From positions 45,508,001 through 45,572,000 of the forward strand of contig OX597831.1 of assembly GCA_951406725.2 (NCBI GenBank): DNA of 64,000 nt, written 5' to 3'. Made by a program: the position numbers and the translations under genes. Below, piece after piece: positions 1 to 12,370 of the stretch (position 1 is the first letter of the stretch; every line of letters starts with the position of its first letter). This DNA is from Octopus vulgaris (lineage: Eukaryota). Below the pieces are notes generated by a model. It did no database searches, was not told the origin of the DNA, and saw nothing but the letters and a program-made list of their open reading frames with translations.

Positions 1-254
1 AGTCTTCTATGACCACACAACAAGAGTCTGAGAAAGAAGAGGCGAACAAGACTCCATGCATTTTAATCGAAATTCACCAGCCAAACAACAGTTCAGTTAC
101 TTTATATCAAAAGTTCTCAATCCATTTTAGCCAAAGGCCCCCCACCACCTTTGATCCTTGGAGTCACAAATGCCCCCCACCCCCTAGAAAATATTTAAAT
201 TTTTCCATACACTACTTATTTTAATATCAGCAGATAATGATTAAAAAATAAAGT

Positions 255-394
255 GGAGTGGCTGTGTGGTAAGTAGCTTGCTTACCAACCACATGGTCCC
301 GGGTTCAGTCCCACTGCGTGGCACCTACTATAGGCTCGGGCCTACCAAAGCCTTGTGAGTGGATTTGGTAGATGGAAACTGAAAGAAGCCCATC

Positions 395-454
<60 letters not shown>

Positions 455-480
455 TTGTGTGTCTGTGTCCCCCCCCCAAC
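255..480 (+). mobile_element. tRNA-derived SINE family A, 5' part with internal deletion
   Basis: Matches the head repeated about 20 times in the window (GGAGTGGCTGTGTGGTAAG...GGGTTCAGTCCC, A/B-box-like), followed by an internal (TA)/(TG) tract. Confidence 0.8.
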
Positions 481-717
481 AGTCTACTGGATACCAGTCA
501 TTGTTACCAATTATAAAATATTGAAAAGCAGCCAAAATATCACAGTCTGTTTGCACAAACATGCGAAAAGTGCTTACGGTATGCCGGCAGTAATGTGGGG
601 AGATCACATCATCTCATTACACGCCCTCCACCATCTTACATAACCCACGCTTGATTTCTATCTCACATTATTAAATGACTGTGCTACATTTCCGAAACAG
701 ATTATAATTATGTAAAC

Positions 718-1542
718 CAGTGGTCCTCAACCGGGGCCCCATAGGATCCATGTAATATTTTTCGGGGTCCGTAGAAGCAAAATAGTAAATTGGGGATCAA
801 CAGTTGTATTTTAGCGGTCCATGAATACATTTTGCTTTAGATGTATTTATCACAAGAAACAGTTAGGTTTCTTTCTCTAAAAGAGACCGATAGAATAAGT
901 ACTAGGCTTACAAAGAATAAGTCCTGGGGTCGAATTGCTCGACTAACAATACTTTTTCACATTTTGGGGTGGCTGTGTGGTAAGTAGCTTGTTTACCGAC
1001 CACATGGTTCCGGGTTCAGTCCCACTGCGTGGCACCTTGGGCAAGTGTCTTCTACTATAGCCTCGGGCCGACCAAAGCCTTGTGAGTAGATTTGGTAGAC
1101 GGAAAACTGAAAGAAGCCTGTCGTATATATAAATATATATATGTATGTATGTGTATGTGTTTGTGTGTCTGTGTTTGTCCCCTTAGCATTGCTTGACAAC
1201 CGATGCTGGTGTGTTTATGTCCCCGTTACTTAGCAGTTCGGCAAAAGAGACTGATAGAATAAGTACTGGGCTTATAAAAGAATAAGTCCCGGGGTCGATT
1301 TGTTCGACTAAAGGCGTGCTCCAGCATGGCCACAGTCAAATGACTGAAACAAGTAAAAGAGTAAAAGAGTATAGTTCAAACTTCACAAATGAATGCGTGA
1401 AAAGACAAAATAGAAATTTAGAAAGAAGTATCTATAAAACTAGTTTTTAAACATTGAATGGTTATGGCGGTCCACTAGAGCAGAATAGTAATCAAAGGGG
1501 TCCATAGGCAAAAAAAAAAAAAAAAATGGTTGAGGACCACTG
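718..1542. mobile_element. hAT-type MITE interrupted by SINE A sequence
   Basis: Perfect 15-bp TIRs CAGTGGTCCTCAACC (718-732) and GGTTGAGGACCACTG (1528-1542). The 8-bp flanks ATGTAAAC and ATCTAAAC match at 7/8 with a central TA, as expected for a hAT TSD. A related fragment lies at about 12764-12940. Confidence 0.8.
968..1370 (+). mobile_element. SINE family A, near full length
   Basis: Head, CCTTGGGCAAGTG core, internal microsatellite, 3' half and (GTAAAAGA)n tail. Confidence 0.85.
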
Positions 1543-1873
1543 ATCTAAACAAACAAATTCTCCTAGAAAGATAAACGAATGGAATGTTAACAAGCTTCCA
1601 TCCCCTGCCAGCTACTTGCAATGAGTGGTTAACATTGAAATCATAGTGGTGTTGTATCACACTGGCAGTCAGTAACAGTTGCATAAAACATAAGAGCGAG
1701 AAATACGAGCGTAACATCCTGTATGACAATTCACTTGACCAAAATATAAACAACAATACAAATGAGGTGAGAGGAGATAAAACAGCACCCGTAAAACGTG
1801 GTTTATTTATGATGAATTTACGGTTTCAAACTATGTTCCATATCCCTGGTCACGGCAGAGCAGGTTAATTTTT

Positions 1874-2346
1874 AGGCGCAAGCGTGGCTGCGAGGTAAGA
1901 AGCTTGCTTCCCGACCACATGGTTCCGAGTTCAGTCCCACTGCGTGGCACCTTGGGCCAGTGACTCCTACTATGGCCTCGGGCTGACTAAAGACTTGTGA
2001 GTGGATTTGGTAGACGGAAACTGAAAGAAGCCCGTCGTATGGCTGCGAGGTAAGAAGCTTGCTTCCCGACCACATGGTTCCGAGTTCAGTCCCACTGCGT
2101 GGCACCTTGGGCCAGTGACTTCTACTATGGCCTCTGGCTGACTAAAGACTTGTGAGTGGATTCGGTAGACGGAAACTGAAAGAAGCCCGTCGTATGGCTG
2201 CGAGGTAAGAAGCTTGCTTCCCGACCACATGGTTCCGAGTTCAGTCCCACTGCGTGACACCTTGGGCTAGTGACTTCTACTATGGCCTCGAGCTGACTAA
2301 AGACTTGTGAGTGGATTTGGTAGACGGAAACTGAAAGAAGCCCGTC

Positions 2347-2397
<51 letters not shown>

Positions 2398-3108
2398 CTT
2401 GATCACCTTGACCGACCAGTCCGTCAGGCGTCCATTTGACACCGCTGGTCACAGCACGCTGTCCACTCTTCTCTGGATCTCACCTTTCTCATCCACGTGA
2501 TCCCAATCATCCTCCTGAAATCGTAACTCCACCGTCGTGGAGGTCTTCCGGGTGGTCTTTTCTGCTCGCGCGGGTACCACTCGACAACTGCGTGCGTCCA
2601 CCGATTATCGGTGAGCCGGGCGACGTGTCCAGCCCATCTATACTTGCTGCATGTATACTCTGCGATGACATCTCTCACGCCGGACTTCTTTCTGTTGATC
2701 TCGCTACTTATGTGCTCTCTCAACGAGATACCAAGCATTGACCTTTCCATGACTCTTTGAGCCGTTACCAGTCTTTGCTCTTCTCTCTTTGTGGTAGCCC
2801 ATGTTTCACTACCATATAACATTGCAGGCAGAACTGCACTGTTAATGAGGTTGGCGCGGGTGGTCCTGTCCAACCTTCCCTTGAGCACATCCCTTATGCC
2901 ATTGAACGCCTTCCATCCGGCCCTTACTCTCCGTGAGATCTCCTTTTCGATATCTCGGCGCATATTTACTTCCTGTCCCAGGTAGACATATTCCCTTACC
3001 TCCTCTATTTCATCACTGCCGATCACCATTCGACCTGTTGGTACGTTGTCTGACCGCATGAACTTTGTTTTCATGCGGTTCATCTCGAGACCTACTGCAG
3101 AGCTTTTG

Positions 3109-3188
<80 letters not shown>

Positions 3189-3400
3189 TTGCGTGTGTGT
3201 GTTTGTTACCCCACCACCACCGCCATCACTTGACAACCGATGTTGTTCACGTCCCCGAAACTTAGCGGTTCGGTAAAGGAGACCAATAGAATAAGTACTA
3301 GACTTACAAAGAATAAACCCTGGGGTCGATTTGTTCGACTAAATGCGATGCTCCAGCATGGCCACAGTTCAATGACTGAAACAAATAAAAGAATAAAAGA
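1874..3400 (+). mobile_element. SINE family A with triplicated 155-bp 5' half and a nested RTE fragment
   Basis: Units start at 1886, 2041 and 2196 (period 155). The SINE 3' half resumes at about 3190 after the RTE insert. Confidence 0.85.
2395..3110 (-). mobile_element. 5'-truncated RTE-clade LINE (RT C-terminus and 3' end)
   Basis: ORF 2424..3236 contains GLEMNRMKTK...EYVYLGQ...EISRRVRAGW...YGSETW...KYRWAGHVAR...RPPGRPPRRW, typical of an RTE RT thumb/C-terminus. The 3' end carries a (CAAGGTGAT)2 repeat. The ORF's N-terminal ~43 aa come from SINE and microsatellite sequence. Confidence 0.85.
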
Positions 3401-3586
3401 ATACAGCCACAGCGTTGTATTTATATGCACAGAATCATACCTTTTCCCCATCACAAAATTCCTTTTTAATCTCTTTCAATGTTTGTAAGATAAAACATGC
3501 TAAATTTATTTTTCTACAAAACATGCTTATTCTATCAGTCTCTTTTTGCAGAGCCGGTAGTTACGGTGATGTAAACATACCAATAC

Positions 3587-3822
3587 ATATTTCTTTACTA
3601 CCCACAAGGGGCTAAACATAGAGGGAACAAACAAGGACAGACAAACGGATTAAGTCGATTATATCGACGCCAGTGCGTAACTGGTACTTACTTAATCGAC
3701 CCCGAAAGGATGAAAGGCAAAGTCGACCTCGGCGGAATTTGAACTCAGAACGTAGCGGCAGACGAAATACGGCTACGCATTTCGCCCGGCGTGCTAACGT
3801 TTCCGCCAGCTCACCGCCTTCT
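3587..3822 (-). mobile_element. SINE family B (MetaSINE-like), full length with 15-bp TSD
   Basis: Carries the GCCTTTCATCCTTTCGGGGTCGA...AAGTACCAG central motif. TAAACATACCAATAC is duplicated at 3572-3586 and 3823-3837. Inserted into a minus-strand SINE A. Confidence 0.85.
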
Positions 3823-4220
3823 TAAACATACCAATACCAGTTATCAAGCGGTGGAGGGGGCACAAACAGAGACGTAAAGACACACTCACACACACACAAG
3901 CGCGCACAAACACACACACACACACACACATATACAGACAAACACACATATTTACGACGGGCTTCTTTCAATTTCCGTCTTCCAAATCTACTCACAAGGT
4001 TTTGGTCGGCCTGAAGCTATAGCAGAAGATACTTGCCATATGTATAATATATCTGTGCGTGTGTGTGTGTGTGTCCATGACTGCTTGACAACCGGTGTTG
4101 GTGTACTTATGTCCCCGCAACCTAGCGGTTCGACAAAAGATATCGATAGAACGTGGTTGATTCACGTCTACGAGGGTTGATTCAGTCAACTAAAATTTCT
4201 TCAAGGCGGTGCTCCAGTAT

Positions 4221-4549
4221 GGTCAAGTAGCCCATCCCGCTCAAAAGGTTCCTTAATAAGGATTGTTTAAGGATGTTGAACGAAACACCCATGTTTCCAG
4301 AGGTGAATTATTCAAACCCCAAAGAATCCCTCTCAACACATGGCTATGATGCTCCCCTACTACTTCTGCTCGTCATCAGAGATGCACATATCGTCAATCA
4401 CTAAGGGACATGCTCAACTGGTTAAGGTCAAACAACTGACAAGCAAATCTGTGGTATTGAGCAGAATATTTGCTGTAGCCCATCTTTTATACCAAGACAA
4501 AACAATGTACATGATAACACAGCCACTGTCTGGTACTGCATCAGGACAA
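4221..4549. repeat. Partial copy of the ~555-bp (TTA)n-flanked interspersed element
   Basis: Highly similar to 8726-9083 and abuts a (TTG/TTA)n tract. Confidence 0.75.
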
Positions 4550-4554
4550 TTATT

Positions 4555-4640
<86 letters not shown>

Positions 4641-4644
4641 TATT

Positions 4645-5760
4645 GATTGTCTTTACACAGCGTCTAACGCTGGGGACGTACTACGGTGCCAGCTGTTCAA
4701 TACCAGTGAACTAAGGTAACAAATTTATTTTTCAAGCACCATCCGGAGTATTCGAGCGGTTCCAAGCAGTGCTGTTTTTTGAAAGTTCTCCACTATGATT
4801 GCAGCCCCTATTTGTTCCATGTGTTTCTCAAGATTTTTATTATTATGGTGGTTATTTTATAATAGTTTTCTAGTTGTATAAGGCTTTTACAACCTTCAAT
4901 TTATATATATATAACCTTTCTATGTCAGATTTTGGGTGGTGCATCCTAAATTCTGTCATTATCAATTTCTTTGTTTTTGTTTTCCCGTCTAGTTTGTTTC
5001 ATTTAGAGTCCAGTTAAGAATATTGTAGCTGTAACTTATAACTGGGACGGCTAGAGTGTTGATATCAATTATCTCGTTTTTCGCATTGAGTTCTGTTTAA
5101 AGTATTAATCTAACTCGTCTATAGTATTCCTTTATCTTCTCTTTCGTCTGTTTGCGTTATACCGTGTCTAGTTCATTGATTTCTAAGTAATTGTATGTCT
5201 GACTTTGGTCTAATTCTCTTATTTCATTTGCTTTATCTAGTGTGATATTGTTTATTCTTAACTAGTTTTCCTCTTTTCCAGGTTGCCTTGGCACAATTTT
5301 CCAAGCCGAATTTCATGTTTATTTCTTTGGTAAATCCATGCACTGTCAATAGTAATGTTTGCAGCTGTTTGTCATTTGCAGCATACAGTTTTAGATCATC
5401 CATAGACCTGAGATAGCTGCTTGTTTTAATGTAGCAGTTGTATCCACATCCAGTTCTGCTTAGCATGTCAGTTAAAGTCGTCAGTTCCAAGTAGAAAAGG
5501 AGTGGAGAGAGCGTATCACCCTGGTTTATTCCTCTTCTAAGTGGAATGGCTTTAGTTTTTATGAGTCTTTTTGTCTGGAACTGCAGTACAGTTTGCCATT
5601 TATTCATGGAATGTTTTATATATTTTATTATTATTGGCGCTACCTTGCTTATGGCTAGTGTTTCCAGGATTCATGTGTGTGGAATACCGTCGAAAGCTGT
5701 CTTCAGCTACGGCTTTATTGATCAATAACTGATCCGTACAGCCATATGACCCCTTGCAGT
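4645..5760 (-). pseudogene. Decayed Dong/R4-type non-LTR retrotransposon (RT core plus C-terminus and 3' UTR)
   Basis: Minus-strand peptides RRGINQGDTLSPLLF and MDDLKLYA...MKFGLENCA (5233-5607), and C-terminal FQKTALLGTARILRMVLEK* (about 4725-4830). The 3' end joins (TAA)n, the known Dong target. Confidence 0.8.
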
Positions 5761-7974
5761 ATCGATAAAATCCAAACGGACTTTTTGGCCAGCCCAATAC
5801 AACCGTCACAGTCAGTCGTAAAAAAAATAGAAACAAAAAGCATATCGCCATACAGAAAGCAAATATATTAAATATAACAAACTTTTCCAAGTTTACAGTA
5901 AACACAAAAGCAGAATAAAGAAAGGAAACCGATGTACAAACACTGTTAAAACACTCGTAAAGCATTTACTTGGTCAAGCACTCTTAGAGCACTCTGAAAG
6001 AATGTACGCGGTCAAGCACTGTTAGAGCGTTCATTTTGGTTAACAGAAAGCAACATTAGTGTGCAAATATTATATTAGCCCTATCATGGATTACGCCGGG
6101 TTTGGTCAAGTCCCATGTCCCTACAGTAATGTGCAAAAAACACAAAACAATAAACTTTGTGCTATAGGCGGATCACAGAGCATCTATGAAAGCATCAATT
6201 ATACCTAAAATGAAAGACTTCTTGAATATATCAACTGTATAGTTTTGTTCCTATTCTCACATGACACGCATACTGTCCCTGAAGCACCCAAAGGCATGTG
6301 CAACAGTTGAGTACATTACTACAACGCCAACACAATCCGGATTTTATAATGGAATCCAGCACTACAGAAGAGCCACACCATTCTTTTGCCATCTGTAATC
6401 AGTGCGGTAGTCTAACAGTCGCCGGAATTTCAAGTATCTCTCTCAATGTATCCGGATTTATAACAAAGATGACAAATTATGTGTTTCCGAATAGTACGAT
6501 GACCTGAAATAATGTAATCCTATTTGGTTCACAAAGATACGGGGATTTTGTAGTGCTAAGTAGACGAGAAGTAGTCTTTTCCACTTGATAGAATCCGTCT
6601 CTGCTGTGCACAGCTTCTGCGCCATCATAAAATCTAACCTGATATTGCAAGCATACGAAATACGAATCAGTTTTATATGTACTACGTATGTATGTATGTA
6701 TGTATGTATGTATGTATGTATGTATGTATGTATGTATGTATGTATGTATGTATGTATGTATGTATGTATGTATGTATGTATGTATACTTATAAACAAAGG
6801 CAAAAGAAAAAAAATTCTGATGCCAAATATGCTGAAACTAGTTATGAACTACATCGTTCATAACCATATAATTCATCACTATAAGCACGCGTTTCGAAGA
6901 AAGCCGACAGAAATTTCTAAAAAATTCCGTTATTACCATATCGGACCCGATTTCAGAGTTAGTTCATAAGAACCTTCTCTTCGTCAGTGATAAATGCGGC
7001 AAAGAAATAAATGAAATACTTATACCCATGGAAATACTTACTTATACCCATGGAAGAAGCAAACACTAAATCATGAGCACAATTAAGTGCCCCAATATAT
7101 CCCAAATTTAATAGATGTAAATTCATATATATATATATATATATAGAAGCAGTGTAAAAGCAAAGCACGCAACTGAATGTACAAGAAAGAGAAAATTAAC
7201 AGTATCGAATCAAGAAAACAATTGATAGAAGAAAATGTCGCGAACACTCCAGTAGTTTCAAAGACAGCAAATGTAGTAACAACAGCAGCAGTGACGATTA
7301 CACAAAGTTAGACAATGTAGTCCGTTCATACAGCAGTTGTGTTAAGGGAAACGGTCTCTTAATACAAACTGAACAGATGGAAGATTTAGAGCTACCGCCG
7401 TTGCAAGAAAAGTGTAAATGCGAGAATTTTGTAAAACCAAAGAGCAGTTCTTTGTCATAAAAACTAATCCAGAAGAGAGCAAAAGGAAAAATTATGTATC
7501 CGTTTACGCAATGAGGGAAGCGGACTATATCCTCACATCAACTGCTAAAGCAGGGTTGCGAAAATATATCGAGAGAAGATATTTTCTCTGAAGAAGGCGC
7601 AAGTTATTGGACTGTCTGTTGTACCTTTCAAAACAGAAGGCCCAGCTAAAATACAGATTAAAATTATTTTATATACCTCTGACTATAAATTACAGCTCCA
7701 GTACATGGATTAAAAAAGACACGAGAGTGATAGTAAGAGATATCAGAAACGACACATATCTGTTGCTAGTAGTCACTTTTGTAACGCGTTTGGGAGAGTG
7801 ATCAAAGTAGGATAAATGGAAGATGACATGAGATCAGAAGACACCAAAATTGATTTGCAAATACCAATGATCCCCGAAGGCCATAGACATGTCGAGACAA
7901 AGGGCATCAGAATGATAATACAGGTCAGAAAGCTAAGTTGCTCGGCGTGCTAACGATTCTGCCCGTTCGCCGCC

Positions 7975-8019
<45 letters not shown>

Positions 8020-8266
8020 GTGATGATGATGATGATGATGATGATTCCAAAATTTGGCACTAGGCAAGCAATTTTGCGGGAGAGGATAAATCGATTGCAT
8101 CGAATGTCGTCAGGTCTACTTTACCTTTAGTCCTTTCGGGGTCGATAAATTAAATACCAGTGAAACACTGGGGTCGATGATATCGACTATTCCCCATCCC
8201 CACAAAATTTCAGGTCTTGTGCCTTTAGTAGAAAGGATTATTATTATTATTATTATCATTATTATT

Positions 8267-8310
<44 letters not shown>

Positions 8311-8395
8311 AATCATCATCATCATTATTATTATTATTAATATTATTATTATTATCATCATCATCATCATCATCATCATCATTATTATTATTAAT

Positions 8396-8437
<42 letters not shown>

Positions 8438-8462
8438 TTTATTATTATTATTGTTATTGTTA

Positions 8463-8494
<32 letters not shown>

Positions 8495-8527
8495 GATATT
8501 GTTATTGTTATTGTTATTATTATTATT

Positions 8528-9083
8528 GAGTGAGAGAGCAGTTCATGCCATCAAAGTGACACTGGGGTAAAATATACGAAGCCCAATATACCCATCATGA
8601 CTACCCGTCTGATAAGGGCACACCAGGCACATGCATCACAACCATATGTGCGCGACATGGTGATCTCATATCAAGATAAACTGCACATGACCTTGCAGGT
8701 GGGGCCCAGTTAGAATTTTCTTCAGGTTGAGTAGCCCATCCCGCTCAAACGGTCCCTGAATAAGGGTTGTTTAAGGATGTTGAATGAAACACCCATGTTT
8801 CCAGAGGTGAATCATTCAAACCCCAAAGAATCCCTCTCAACACATGGCTATGATGCTCCCCCACTACTTCTGCTCGTGATCAGAGATGCACATATCGTCA
8901 GCCACTAAGGGACATGCTCAACTGGTTAAGGTCAAGCAACTGACAAGCAAACCTGTGGTATTGAGCAGAATATTTGCTGTAGCCCATCTTTTATACCAAG
9001 ACAAAACAATGTACATGATAACGCTTCCAATCAGTTAAGATCAGAAGCCATGAGAGCCACTCCCTGGTACTGCATCAGGGCAT
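8528..9083. repeat. ~555-bp non-coding interspersed element embedded in (TTA)n
   Basis: Flanked on both sides by (TTA)n. A second partial copy lies at 4221-4549. No credible ORF. Confidence 0.75.
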
Positions 9084-9123
9084 TTATTATTATTATCATT
9101 AGTATTATTATTATTATTAGTAA

Positions 9124-9187
<64 letters not shown>

Positions 9188-9192
9188 TATTA

Positions 9193-9252
<60 letters not shown>

Positions 9253-9789
9253 GTGGTGGCGATGAGAATTTCTTTTCAGCAGGTGAACAAGCGGCTGTGT
9301 AATAGCTGGAAATGTGAATTTCACTATGTCTTCTTTAATACATTACTGATACTCTCCCGCTTGCCGATGAAACGACCAAAGAGAGAGAGACAGACAGAGA
9401 GACAGAAAGACAGACAGACAGAAAGACAGAAAGACAGACAGAAAGACAGAGGTTGGATAACGTTGTTCTGCCGAGTATACTATGTGTAAATATAAAGTGA
9501 TATTGTCGCGGCTGTAAAGTTTTTGATTGTAGGTTTTACTAGATCAGGGTTGTGCTGTTGCTTAAAAAGCAACAACAACAAAACAACATAATTAGCAGCA
9601 ACGAAGACGACTTCGACGACAGGAGATGTTGAATTTTTCATGCGTAAGACATGTGTTAAAACTGAATTGGTGTGATTTGAAACCAGAATGGTCAGGATAG
9701 AAACAAGAGCTAGAAAGCTAGTTTAGTTTGATCAGCCACACAATAAAGCAGTGCTTTTCACAGGAGGATGTGAGGTTTGAAAAAGGAAG

Positions 9790-10120
9790 TGGACAAATTA
9801 ATGTGTGATAAGTCTTCTCTTCTTCAAATTTTGTGTTAACTGCCAAAGTCCTCACTCTGTACACACTTTCCAATTCTCAAAGCCGTCCACCATTTTCTGT
9901 AATGTATTGTGATCAAAGTCCCGTCTTGCAGCAACCTTACACATCGTTTATCCACGTGAATCAATCTGTTCACTGGCTGGCGATTCGTATCAGTGGTCTC
10001 AAGTGATGAGCTTCCCAACGAACGTTTTGTCCTCAGTGCAGATTTCCATTCTTGAAAGTTTTTCATACATCTGTGTACATTATTCTCGTCAATGGTGTCA
10101 GCATTGTGAAAAGGAAAACA
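9790..10120 (-). pseudogene. Highly decayed mariner transposase N-terminal fragment
   Basis: Minus-strand NADTIDENNVHRCMKNFQEWKSALRTKRS...TDTNRQPVNRLIHVDKR resembles the mariner HTH/linker region. Frameshifted. Confidence 0.45.
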
Positions 10121-10686
10121 AAAAAAAAAACGGAAAAAACACTATAACCATATGTGGATATTGGTCAGCCTGTACCTCTTCTTTTTCATGAACTCAATGA
10201 CGTTACGTTACTTCTGATCGGAACCTATTATTTGCTGGCGATGAAATAAATAAAAAAAAAGGAGAGTTCCAACAGAGGAAGAGACGCTCTATCAACAAGC
10301 GCGATTTGAACGACCTACGTCAATTAATGAAAACATTCTGCCCATTTTTGCATTAATTTCGGTATAACACTTCAACTTGTCCAACGTCATGCAGTAGTAA
10401 GAAGAATTATATGAATGCATAATCGTTTGTTGTTTTCATTAATAAAGAGAGCGGGGTTGTAAACAATTTCCCAATTTATTACACGCGAAAGCCACGTAGT
10501 TGTCAGCTGGAAGCCGACTGCCATTACGCATTAGGAAAGCTTTAAACTAACTAAGCCAACTTCACTTGCCGAGCCAACGCAGTGACGTCTATGCTGATAA
10601 TGCAAAACCTTTTCTGTGTCATGACACAGTTATTTATTTATTTTCTGTTTTTGTATCGATGAAAAATCAAAAATCAATACTCATTT

Positions 10687-11089
10687 ACTCTCTTTTTACT
10701 CTTTTACTTGTTTCAGTCATTTGACTGCGGCCATGCTGGAGCACCGCTTTTAGTCGAGCAAATCGACCCCAGACCTTATTCTTTTGTAAGCCTAGTACTT
10801 ATTCTAATCGGTTCTCCTTTGCCGAACCGCTAAGTTACGGGGACGTAAACACACCAGCATCGGTTGTCAAGCGATGTTGTGGGACAAACACAGACACACA
10901 AACGTATACACACACATACATATACGACGAGCTTCTTCCAGTTTTCGTCTACCAAATCCACTCACAAGGCTTTGGTCGGCTAGAAGCTATAGTAGAAGAC
11001 ACTTGTCCAAGGTGCCACGCAGTGAGACTGAACCCGGGACTACGTGGTTGGTAAGTAAGCTGCTTACTACACAGCCACTCCTACGCCTA
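10687..11089 (-). mobile_element. SINE family A, full length
   Basis: Reverse complement of the complete family A pattern. Confidence 0.85.
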
Positions 11090-12185
11090 TGTTAATAACA
11101 AAAATTACCCAACAACAATTCTTTCTGCTATAGGCGCAAAATGTCTGAAATTTTAGCGGAGGGAACAAATCGATTACATCGACCCTAGTACCTATTTTAT
11201 CAACCCCGAAAGGATGAAAGGCCAAGACAACTTCGGCAGAATTTGAACTCAGAACGTACATTTGGAAGAATTTTGCCCGGCATGCTAATAGTTCTGCCAG
11301 CTCGCTTAATTTATAATAGCTTCGAATTTTAGTACAGGGATAACAATTCCAAGGAGAGGAGTAAGTCGATTACATCGACTCCAGTAATTAACTGGTATCT
11401 ATTTTATCGTTCCTCGAAAGGATCAAAGGAAAAGTTGACTTCGGTGGAATTTGAACTCAGAACATAAAGAGCCAGAAATGCCGTAGATAAAACCTGAAAT
11501 TTCTGAGGTGGGGGTTAGTATATTCCGTCAATCTCAGCACTCGATTGGTATTTCATTTTATCGACACCCAAAAGAATGAAAGGCAAAGTTGATATCGACA
11601 GACGTTGAAATCAGAACATGAAGAGTTGAAGAAAGGTTTATCCCCCCCACCTCCACCACCACTACATTCTAAAGATTCTGGTACCATGATTATGGGTACT
11701 AACAATATTTGATGAGTTAACATCAAATTAAATAAAGAAAAGAGAAAATTAGCGTGATATGGTGAAAAATTCGTGATCAATATGCATACAAATTATGCAA
11801 TTTTTTTCCTAAATACGCAAATGTCACGGTGGCCCATTATCAATTTTGTGCGATTTATTTTGTGAATAACTTCTCTATGTGGTCACTCAATCTGCTAGAA
11901 ATAGAAACCAAATTCTCTCAAGTCGCCCACCGAAGATAGATCATCATCGTCATCGTCGTCGTCGTCGTCATCATCACTACCGTCGTCATCGTCATCACCA
12001 TCACCATAACTACCACCACCACTACCATCACCACTATCATCATCATCATCAATAACACCGTCGTTGTCATTGCCGTTTTCGCCACCACCACCACCACCAC
12101 CACCACCACTACCACCGCCATCATCATCAACAAGAATGACAAGAACATTAACAACTGCAACAGCAACAGTAACAGCAACAGCCAG

Positions 12186-12370
12186 TGGATGCGCAATGGC
12201 CCAGTGGTTAGGGCAGCGGACTCGCTGTCGTAAGAACGCGGTTTCGATTCCCAGACCGAGCATTGTGAGTGTTTATTGAGCAAAAACACCTAAGCTCCTT
12301 GAGGCTCCGGCGGGGGCGGGGTGAACCCCGCTGTACTCTTTCACCACAACTTTCTCTTACTCTTTCTTCC
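12186..12370 (+). mobile_element. tRNA-derived SINE head (family C-like)
   Basis: A box TGGCCCAGTGG, B box GGTTTCGATTCCC, then TTGAGCAAAAACAC. Confidence 0.65.

Noticed and set aside
1886-2350. Regularly spaced repeats resembling a CRISPR array
   Set aside because: Whole 155-bp units repeat with no unique spacers, the sequence is SINE-derived and the context is eukaryotic.
5765-5798. Lone mariner-like TIR
   Set aside because: I found no partner TIR or adjacent transposase.
7190-7920. Purine-rich coding-like stretch, possibly a LINE ORF1 relic
   Set aside because: It has multiple stops and no recognisable motif.
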